Shown one piece after another: positions 9,029-18,155 of a DNA stretch of 18,155 bases. How positions within the stretch are numbered: position 1 is the first letter of the stretch; every line of letters begins with the position of its first letter. This DNA comes from Candidatus Krumholzibacteriia bacterium. Lineage in GTDB: Bacteria > Krumholzibacteriota > Krumholzibacteriia > LZORAL124-64-63. The notes below the pieces were generated by a model that made no database searches, was not told the DNA's origin, and saw only the letters and a program-made list of their open reading frames with translations. The DNA lies in NCBI GenBank assembly GCA_046484865.1, contig JAWOID010000102.1, forward strand, positions 1 through 18,155. The letters run 5' to 3'. The position numbers and the translations under genes were made by a program.

Positions 9029-9103
9029 GGTACCTCTCCCGGGTGGTGCAGGTGGCGGGCTGCGCCGGCCCGGTCGCCGGCGGCGACCGGACGCTCGCCA
9101 GCG

Positions 9104-9132
9104 ATGCTACCGGGCCGCGGCCCCTGCGGCAA
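9104..9132 (-). promoter_or_regulatory. putative sigma70 promoter for the NMO/FabK-like gene
   Basis: The minus strand reads TTGCCG (9132-9127), 17 nt, TAGCAT (9109-9104). Confidence 0.5.
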
Positions 9133-9153
9133 GCGACCGCCGCGGGACCTCTC

Positions 9154-9159
9154 TATACT
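9154..9159 (+). promoter_or_regulatory. putative -10 element for the NmrA gene
   Basis: TATACT 35 nt upstream of ATG 9195. Confidence 0.4.
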
Positions 9160-9194
9160 GGCGGGATCGACCGCTCTGCGAGGAGGAACCGACG

Positions 9195-10076
9195 ATGAAG
9201 ATCGCCGTCAACACCCCGACCGGGAACATCGGCCGCCGGCTCGTCCGTCACCTGCTGGACGGCGGCGACGACGATGTGGTCCTGCTGGTCCGCGACGCCG
9301 GGAAGCTCACCGGCCTGCCCGCCGGACGGGTCACCGTGCACGAGGGTTCTCTCGAGGACGCCGCGTTCGTGTCGGCCGCCACCCGCGGCGTGGACGCCCT
9401 CTTCTGGGTGACCCCGCCCAGGCCCGACGGCGACGACCTCCACGCCTTCCAGAACCGCATGGGGCAGCACGTCGCCGCCGCGGTGACGGACAACGACATC
9501 GCCCGCGTGGTTCACGTCTCGAGCGTCGGCGCCCAGCACTCCGGCGGTACGGGTCCCATCAAGGGCTTGCACGACGTGGAGCGGCTGCTCGGAGGTACCG
9601 GCGCGAGCGTGACCCACCTGCGCGCCGCGTTCTTCATGGAGAACTACCTGATGCAGGCGGCCTCCATCCGCGAGCACGGGGCCGTGTTCATGCCGATCGC
9701 GCCCGAAGTTCGCGTGGAGATGATCGCCACCGCCGACATCGCCGCCAAGACCGCCCGGATCCTGCGCGGGAAGATCTGGACCGGCGAGCAGGTGGTGGAG
9801 CTGGCGGGACCCCGCCCGCACACCTTCGGCGAGGCGGCCGCCCTCATCGGCAAGGCGCTCAACCACCCCGTCGAGCACGTGGCCACCGACCCCGAGCAGA
9901 CCCGCACGGCGTTGCGGTCGCTGGGCTTTCGCGATCCGATCATCGACCTCTACCTGGAGATGTACGACGGTCTGGAACGCGGCCTGCTGGCCTTCGAGGG
10001 GCCGGTGCAGCGCACCGGCACCACGCTCACGGACTTCGCGACCGAGGTCCTGGCGCCGGCGGTGCGGCACGGCTGA
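9195..10076 (+). CDS. NmrA-family NAD(P)-binding protein (atypical SDR)
   Basis: GAGGAGG RBS; MKIAVNTPTGNIG (variant Rossmann motif), VVHVSSVGA, THLRAAFFMENY, MIATADIA and ELAGP. Confidence 0.87.
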   Translation: MKIAVNTPTGNIGRRLVRHLLDGGDDDVVLLVRDAGKLTGLPAGRVTVHEGSLEDAAFVSAATRGVDALFWVTPPRPDGDDLHAFQNRMGQHVAAAVTDNDIARVVHVSSVGAQHSGGTGPIKGLHDVERLLGGTGASVTHLRAAFFMENYLMQAASIREHGAVFMPIAPEVRVEMIATADIAAKTARILRGKIWTGEQVVELAGPRPHTFGEAAALIGKALNHPVEHVATDPEQTRTALRSLGFRDPIIDLYLEMYDGLERGLLAFEGPVQRTGTTLTDFATEVLAPAVRHG

Positions 10077-10130
10077 GGCGCCCGGCCCGGGCGGGCCGAG
10101 AACGCGGTGGCTGCACCCGTGCACCCCGCG

Positions 10131-10694
10131 TCAGAGACCCAGGTCGTCCGCCACCGGCACCAGCGCGGCCAGGACGAAGGCGATCAGGTCGTCCTGCTCG
10201 AGCCCCACGCCGGCTGCGCCCTCGGCGATCTCGCCGCGGTTCACCTTCGCGGCGAAGTCCTTCTTCTTCAGCTTCTTGCGCACCGACTTCACCTGCACGC
10301 TGGCGATCTTGCGGTCGGGCTGCACCATCGCGCAGGCCATGCAGAAGCCGCAGAGCTCGTCCACGGCGAAGAGCCAGCGGTCACGGTCGGTGTCGCGCGG
10401 CACGCCCGTGTAGCTGGCGTGCGACAGCACGCTGCGGACGAAGTCCTCCGGATAGCCGCGCTCGCGCAGGATCTCCGCCCCGCGCCACGGGTGGTCGGCC
10501 TCGGTGGGGAACCGCTCGTAGTCGAAATCGTGCAGCAGACCGACCGCACCCCACTCGTCGGGGTCGTGGCCGGTGCGTTCGGCGGCCGCGCGCATGGCCG
10601 CCTCCACGGCGTAGGCGTGCCGGCGCAGCGACTCGGTCAGGGTGAACTCGTGCAGCAGGGCGAGACAGCGCTCGCGCTGGTGGAGGTCGTCCAT
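10131..10694 (-). CDS. HD/HDIG-domain metal-dependent phosphohydrolase
   Basis: LRRHAYAVEAAM, GLLHDFDYE, H-x-x-x-G, SHA, LFAVDELCG and KKDFAAKVNR. Confidence 0.85.
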   Translation of the reverse strand: MDDLHQRERCLALLHEFTLTESLRRHAYAVEAAMRAAAERTGHDPDEWGAVGLLHDFDYERFPTEADHPWRGAEILRERGYPEDFVRSVLSHASYTGVPRDTDRDRWLFAVDELCGFCMACAMVQPDRKIASVQVKSVRKKLKKKDFAAKVNRGEIAEGAAGVGLEQDDLIAFVLAALVPVADDLGL

Positions 10695-10823
10695 GGCGTC
10701 CTCTCATCGCGGAGGATCGCGCGGGACGGACGCCCGGCGCGGCCGGTCGGACGGCAGCGGGGCGGCCGCCCGGTCGCGACCGCCCCGCTGGTGCCGGGTG
10801 GCTGGGTGCCGCGCTGGCGCGGG

Positions 10824-11384
10824 CTAGATGAGCCCCTGCAGCAGCGCATCGGTCACGCTGGCGGTGTGACCATTGAAGCGCACCACGCCCTCGGTGTCGA
10901 TGACCAAGCTGTGCGGCACCTCGGTGATGCCGTAGGCGCTCTGCACCGCCGGGTCGCAGAGCAGGTTCGGGAAGGTGCAGCCGAATCCGGCCAGGTAGGT
11001 CTCGATCTGCGACGCCGTGGCGTAGAAATTCAGGCCGAGGACCTGCACGTCGCCGGCATGGTCGGTGTGGATGGCCTGCACACCGGCGAGTTCCTGCTCG
11101 CAGTACGGACAGCCCATGAACCAGAAGAACAGCACCACTACCTGTCCGCGGTAGCTCGAGAGGGTCCGGTCCACCCCGCCGGTGTCGACGAGGGTGAAGT
11201 CGGGCGCGAGCTGTCCCAAGGCGGGGCCGACGGTGAGGCCGGGGTCGCGGGGCCCGACGTCGTCGTCGCCCGGCGGGGGCGGCGGATAGGTGACGGGGTC
11301 CTCCACCTCGCACGCCGCCAGCAGCAGCGTGCCCGCCAGCAGGATGATGCTCGCCGGTATGATGAGCCAGCGCCGCCCAGCCAT
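10824..11384 (-). CDS. TlpA/redoxin-family thioredoxin-fold lipoprotein
   Basis: AGGAG RBS; signal peptide with lipobox LAAC; Pro-rich linker; GQLAPDFTL, LSSYRGQVVVLFFW, CPYC and cis-Pro loop EVP. Confidence 0.85.
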   Translation of the reverse strand: MAGRRWLIIPASIILLAGTLLLAACEVEDPVTYPPPPPGDDDVGPRDPGLTVGPALGQLAPDFTLVDTGGVDRTLSSYRGQVVVLFFWFMGCPYCEQELAGVQAIHTDHAGDVQVLGLNFYATASQIETYLAGFGCTFPNLLCDPAVQSAYGITEVPHSLVIDTEGVVRFNGHTASVTDALLQGLI

Positions 11385-11626
11385 GGCGATCTCCTCTCGG
11401 TCCGGTGCCGGTTGCGGCCGGTGGTGGCGTCCCGCGACCGGGGGTCGCCGGAAACCGCTCGCCGTGCGCGCGCGTCTCCCGTTCCCATCGGCCGGCGGGG
11501 ACGTCGATTGAGAAGAGAAGGCGACCGGCGACTGCGCCGCGCGGCGCGCGCCGCAGGCCGCGTCCGGCGCCCCGAGCCGTGCGGAAGGTCATGCACCGTC
11601 GATGGCGATCGGCCGCGCGGCCGGCC

Positions 11627-12373
11627 TCACACCTCGAGCAGTTCGCCGTGCTCGCGCAGCCAGGCCATGCAGGCGTCATGTTCGGGGCAGGCCAGGCGCA
11701 CCAGGCGCTTGAAGCGGGGACCGTGATTCAGGTGCCGCAGGTGGCAGATCTCGTGGGCGACCACCGCGTCCACCACCTCGGGCGGTGCCATCACCAGCCG
11801 GTAGCAGAACGAGAGGGTACCCCGGCCCGAGCAGCTCCCCCAGCGGCTGCGGCGCTCGCCGACGATCACCCGCTGCGGTTCCAGTCCGATCCGGTCGGCG
11901 AGCACCCCGACGCGCTCGCGCAGGTGGCGGCCGGCGAAGGCGCGCAGGAACCGCTCCAGGGCCGGCCGGGGATCGAGCAGATCCGCCCCCGGCAGTTCCA
12001 TCCGCAGCCGGTCGTCCTCGAGATCGGCGCGGGCCCGCTTGCGGTCCGGCGGCAGGTGCCGCAGCTCGAGCCGCCGCGGCCGTCCCAGGACCATCAGCTC
12101 GCTGCCGCTGGCATACGCCGCGTGAACCGGGCCGCCGGCCACGCCGTGGCGGTCCACCTCCCGGGCCAGCCACGTGGCGAGCGCCGCGATCACGGCGCCC
12201 GCCTCCGCGAGCGGCGCGCGGCGCGGAATCGTGACCACCACCCCTTCGCGCCGGCTGACCGTGATCCGCGAGTGGCGCGCACGCGGGCTGCGGCGCACGC
12301 GGTAGCGGATCGGCCGGCCCTCCACCAGGGCGACGTCGTGGCGCTCGGAGCGGCGGGCAGGGGGACGCGGCAC
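11627..12373 (-). CDS. YgjP/DUF45 (M48/SprT-like) HExxH metallo-hydrolase
   Basis: SRWGSCS, LSFCYRL, VVAHEICHLRHLNHGPRF and N-terminal RRSPRARHSRITV. The start is taken as GTG 12373 after GGAGA; ATG 12415 is an alternative. Confidence 0.85.
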   Translation of the reverse strand: MPRPPARRSERHDVALVEGRPIRYRVRRSPRARHSRITVSRREGVVVTIPRRAPLAEAGAVIAALATWLAREVDRHGVAGGPVHAAYASGSELMVLGRPRRLELRHLPPDRKRARADLEDDRLRMELPGADLLDPRPALERFLRAFAGRHLRERVGVLADRIGLEPQRVIVGERRSRWGSCSGRGTLSFCYRLVMAPPEVVDAVVAHEICHLRHLNHGPRFKRLVRLACPEHDACMAWLREHGELLEV

Positions 12374-12627
12374 GGGTTCTCCGGGGTGGAGGTGACGAAT
12401 TCGCGTGGTGGCCATGGCAAGAATACGCCCCGACACGGAACGTCACCAGCGAAGTCCGCCGGAGGGCGACACCCGGGCCGTTGCCGCCGGGACCGGACAT
12501 CGTTACCAAGTGCGGGAGCCGGGTCAAACCGACCCCGGACGTGGACGCGCGCCGGCGAGGCTGTCGCCGCCGGGCGGCGCGTCGTGGCGCCGGAACACCG
12601 TCATCCCTGGATGCGAAGGAGACCGAG

Positions 12628-13341
12628 ATGAAGCTCGAGGGCAAGCGCGCGCTGGTGACCGGCGGCACGGAGGGGATCGGCTGGGGCATCGCCGAGGCGC
12701 TGGGCGACCGGGGCGCGCAGGTGGGCGTGGTGGGACGCGACCAGCAGAAGCTCCGGCGCGCGGCCGAGGAGCTGGGCGTGCACCCGCTGCGGGGCGACGT
12801 GGGCGTCGAGAAGGATGCCGTGCGCGTGGTGCGCGAGTTCGTCGAGCAGTTCGGGGGCATCGATGTGCTGGTGAACAACGCCGGTTTCGGCCACTTCATG
12901 CCCCTGCTCGAGACGGACGCGGCCCGCTTCGAGGAGGTGTTCCGCACCAACGTCACCGGCGCCATGCTCATGGCCCGCGAGTGCGCCCGCCACTTCGTGC
13001 AGCAACGCAGCGGCAGCATCGTCAACATCGGCTCCACGAGCGGACTCTACGGCGGCAAGAACTCCACCGCCTACAGCGGCTCGAAGTTCGCCCTGCGCGG
13101 CATGACCGAATGCTGGCGCGCGGAACTGCGCCCCCACGACGTGCGCGTGACCCTCGTGAACCCCAGCGAGGTGCAGACGCCGTTCTTCACCAAGCTGGGT
13201 GTGGAGAAGCCGTACTCCGAGAAGAAGCTGCGCGCCGAGGACATCGCCGTCGCCGTGGTGGCCGCCCTCGAGCTGGACGATCGCGGCTTCATCCCCGAGT
13301 TCGCGGTGTTCGCGACGAATCCGTGGGAGCCCGAGGGTTAG
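12628..13341 (+). CDS. classical short-chain dehydrogenase/reductase (SDR)
   Basis: AAGGAG RBS then ATG 12628; TGGTEGIG, DVLVNNAG, IVNIGS and YSGSK catalytic motif. Confidence 0.92.
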   Translation: MKLEGKRALVTGGTEGIGWGIAEALGDRGAQVGVVGRDQQKLRRAAEELGVHPLRGDVGVEKDAVRVVREFVEQFGGIDVLVNNAGFGHFMPLLETDAARFEEVFRTNVTGAMLMARECARHFVQQRSGSIVNIGSTSGLYGGKNSTAYSGSKFALRGMTECWRAELRPHDVRVTLVNPSEVQTPFFTKLGVEKPYSEKKLRAEDIAVAVVAALELDDRGFIPEFAVFATNPWEPEG

Positions 13342-13410
13342 CCCGGATTATTCATGAGCGGCCTGCTGCGGCTGGTCATCCTCGCTACGGCCGCTCATGA
13401 ATAATCCGGG
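13342..13410. mobile_element. 69-bp MITE-like palindrome with perfect 22-bp terminal inverted repeats, flanked by TTAG direct repeats
   Basis: CCCGGATTATTCATGAGCGGCC (13342-13363), a 25-nt spacer, then GGCCGCTCATGAATAATCCGGG (13389-13410). TTAG occurs at 13338-13341 and 13411-13414. Confidence 0.65.
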
Positions 13411-13426
13411 TTAGCGTTCCCGGGGG

Positions 13427-14251
13427 TCATCTCAGATGCTGCGGGGGGACGACGAGGTCTGCCTGGGCCGCCACGAGACCGCGCACGCGGGTCCGTGCGC
13501 CCGGAATCCATTCTCCCTCGCGCAGGACCTGGAGCACGACCGGCGACTCGGCGGCCGTGTCCGCCATCGAGCACGCGAGCGACAGCTCGAACCGGCGATG
13601 CACGACGGGAACGCTGGCCAGCGGGTGCGTGGAGGCGGCTGAGCAACGCCCCTCCGGGGTGTCCGCGTCCGCGGCGAAGGCGGCGACCGAGTCACCGTCG
13701 GCCGTGCCTTGCCAGAACACCCACCATCGATCCTCCTCGAGCCAGAGCGCCGACATGACCGGATCCACCCCGATCACGCGCTCGATCAAGCAGACGACGT
13801 GCAGCCCATGCGCTGCGGCCGCGACGACGTGCGTCACGGCCGCATCGAGAACGTCAGCGAGGAAGCGGGGCTCCCGCGCGAGACGCGCCAGCGCGGTCCG
13901 TCCGTCCGGCGCCTCGACGGTGAAGACGTCCTGGCGACAGTCCGGGATGGCCGAGATCCACGGCTCGTGTCGCCGCCTCGGATGTCCGGACAGACCATCC
14001 TGCCAGAACCGGGACCATTGCGGATCGAAGACGAGCGGTTGGATTCCTGATTCCGTGCGCACCGAGTCGAGCCCCGAGAGTAGCGAGGCGACCTCGGCGG
14101 GCGGCGTCGGATCGTAACCGGGTCCGGTGGGCGCGATTTCGGCGGGCAGCGTCGAACCGGAACCGGAACCGGGGCCGGCGGGGGCGACCTCCCCCCAGCC
14201 GACGCCAGCCATGCCGGCGATCAACAGGACCGCTGCGTCGTGCGCTCGCAT
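13427..14251 (-). CDS. hypothetical secreted protein, possibly with a degenerate CAP/SCP-like domain
   Basis: GGAGGT RBS, ATG, a hydrophobic signal-like N-terminus and a Pro/Gly/Ser linker. LLSGLDSVRTESGIQPLVFDP and EPRFLADVLDAAVTHV loosely resemble CAP-domain segments. Confidence 0.6.
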   Translation of the reverse strand: MRAHDAAVLLIAGMAGVGWGEVAPAGPGSGSGSTLPAEIAPTGPGYDPTPPAEVASLLSGLDSVRTESGIQPLVFDPQWSRFWQDGLSGHPRRRHEPWISAIPDCRQDVFTVEAPDGRTALARLAREPRFLADVLDAAVTHVVAAAAHGLHVVCLIERVIGVDPVMSALWLEEDRWWVFWQGTADGDSVAAFAADADTPEGRCSAASTHPLASVPVVHRRFELSLACSMADTAAESPVVLQVLREGEWIPGARTRVRGLVAAQADLVVPPQHLR

Positions 14252-14374
14252 GGTGACCTCCGGTCAACAGGCAAGCTGCGCTCCGGGCGATCCGCCAGGC
14301 CGCCATGCGACCGGCGCTGGCGGCGTCGCCGGCCCGTGGCGCGCTGACGGCGGTTCCGCAGGCAGCCGCCCTGG

Positions 14375-14395
14375 CCCGCATCATTCATGAGCGGG
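14375..14395. repeat. truncated second copy of the MITE terminal repeat, next to the guaB stop codon
   Basis: CCCGCATCATTCATGAGCGG (14375-14394) matches 18/20 nt of CCCGGATTATTCATGAGCGG. It is flanked by CTGG (14371-14374) and CTAG (14396-14399). Confidence 0.7.
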
Positions 14396-17282
<2,887 letters not shown>

Positions 17283-17310
17283 GGCCGGTAAAATACCCGC
17301 CACCCGCGCC

Positions 17311-18103
17311 AGCGATTTGTCGTTTGATCCCGGGTTCGGGACGCATGTTCTGAATGTCGGTGTCCCTCTTTGGGATGATCAACGCCAGCATGTGGTGGGA
17401 GCAATTAGTATTCTCCTGCGGCGGGACTCGTTATTTCGTTCAATTTCTGAAGTGGCCGCCGGCAAAACAGGTCATGCCATGTTAGTGGCTTCCGATGGAA
17501 TGCCGATCCTGTGCCCGGTCCTTTCTTTAGAAGAACACGTGATGCCGGCAAATGTGGTCAGTGCGTTTCAACAGGGTGATGCTGGGTGGTTGGTCGCCGA
17601 TCCAGACTCGCATGGCGCGCAGAATTCCATCGTCGGATATGCTCCCCTGCATTTGGGGGTCACGCTCTCCCCTGAAAGTTTTGGGGGCAAGTTCTGGTAT
17701 ATGTTGGCCAGCCAGGATCCTGCTGAAACCTATGCTCCGCTGGATCAGTTATTGACTAAAGTGGTCTCCTATGGAGTCGGGGTTTTCGTCATCTTATGGG
17801 GAGCGGGAGTGGTGGTCGCAGGCCGAATTGTGAAGCCTATTCAGGCGTTGTCTCAAGGAGTTGAGCAATTCGGGGGTGGCAACTTTGCAGAAAAAATAGC
17901 CATTCGTACCGGAGATGAAATTGAACGCTTAGCTGAGACGTTCAATGGGATGGCAGAGAATCTTCAACATTCGTTTTCTGAATTGAACCAGACAGTCGAT
18001 GAAATTGGACGATTGGAACAGAAATATCGTGATCTGATCGAAAATGCTCCGGAAATGATTCATCAATTGGATCCCTCTGGACGGTTTGTCCATGTCAATG
18101 CAA
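17311..18103 (+). CDS. internal fragment of a Cache-TM-HAMP-PAS sensor (histidine kinase-like); low GC, lacking its own N- and C-termini
   Basis: Periplasmic Cache-like segment (SDLSFDPGFGTHVLNVGVPL..., GKTGHAMLVASDG), TM (VVSYGVGVFVILWGAGVVVA), HAMP (IVKPIQALSQGV...DEIERLAETFNGMAENL) and PAS start (KYRDLIENAPEMIHQLDPSGRFVHVN). Hand-counted GC is 29/60 at 17701 and 24/60 at 17941, versus 43/60 at 16621. Confidence 0.75.
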
Positions 18104-18155
18104 TTCGGTTGCATTGACATGGACAAACCGTCCAGAGGGATCCAATTGATGAATC
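18057..18155. repeat. perfect 47-bp terminal fold-back inverted repeat (probable library/amplification artifact)
   Basis: 18057-18103 is the exact reverse complement of 18109-18155, with loop TTCGG. It runs to the last base of the window. Confidence 0.9.

Noticed and set aside
11385..11626. Structured ncRNA in the 240-nt intergenic region (GC hairpin around 11525-11560)
   Set aside because: Imperfect GC-only pairing is expected by chance at this composition, and I recognise no RNA family motif.
6326..11726. Many long overlapping ORFs (e.g. 6328..8145, 6326..7996, 8786..10645, 10107..11726, 10381..11679)
   Set aside because: They are antisense or alternate-frame products, rich in R/A/G/P with no motifs, as expected from stop-codon scarcity at high GC.
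12374..12627. Hairpin around 12544-12583 in the divergent YgjP/SDR intergenic region
   Set aside because: It is an imperfect GC-rich stem with no recognisable riboswitch or operator consensus.
13342..13410. Simple bidirectional rho-independent terminator
   Set aside because: There is no U-tract on either side, the 22-bp arms and 25-nt loop are atypical, and a second copy and TTAG duplication exist. A secondary terminator role is not excluded.
13336..13416. Canonical integron attC site
   Set aside because: It has a GTTAG-like end, but the RYYYAAC/GTTRRRY pair is imperfect on both strands. The stem is perfect with no extrahelical bases, and no intI is present. It is kept only as MITE/cassette-like.
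13342..14395. CRISPR array
   Set aside because: There are only two related repeats, about 1 kb apart, with no regular spacers and no cas genes.
18057..18155. Hairpin telomere of a linear replicon or phage
   Set aside because: It interrupts a PAS-domain coding sequence, the loop reconstructs the original codons, and no protelomerase or phage genes are present.

Overview
A very GC-rich (about 70% by hand count) bacterial chromosome segment. The secreted protease's C-terminal FlgD/T9SS-like domain suggests an FCB-superphylum candidate lineage such as Krumholzibacteria, Latescibacteria or Eisenbacteria; this is an inference. Gene order: (1) the 5' part of a DUF3524/GTDC1 (QTMAN-like) glycosyltransferase on the minus strand, which runs off the left edge and is missing from the ORF track; (2) a large secreted S8 protease with a beta-helix region; (3) queF; (4) a tightly coupled minus-strand run of POT-family MFS transporter, queG and amrS radical SAM; (5) a nitronate monooxygenase/FabK-like gene, NmrA, an HD-domain protein, a TlpA-like lipoprotein, a YgjP/M48 protein and an SDR; (6) a ~1.05 kb insert bounded by a 69-bp MITE-like palindrome and a truncated copy of it, carrying an orphan secreted gene; (7) udk-hpt-guaB on the minus strand. 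At ~17311 the sequence switches abruptly to ~40-50% GC DNA encoding an internal Cache-HAMP-PAS sensor kinase fragment. It ends in a perfect 47-bp fold-back. The low-GC tail and the fold-back are probably a chimera and a library artifact. The two most interesting leads are (a) a homolog of the animal tRNA-queuosine mannosyltransferase within ~6 kb of queF and queG, hinting at bacterial Q glycosylation or hypermodification, and (b) a palindrome-bounded cargo element sitting exactly on the stop codons of two convergent genes.
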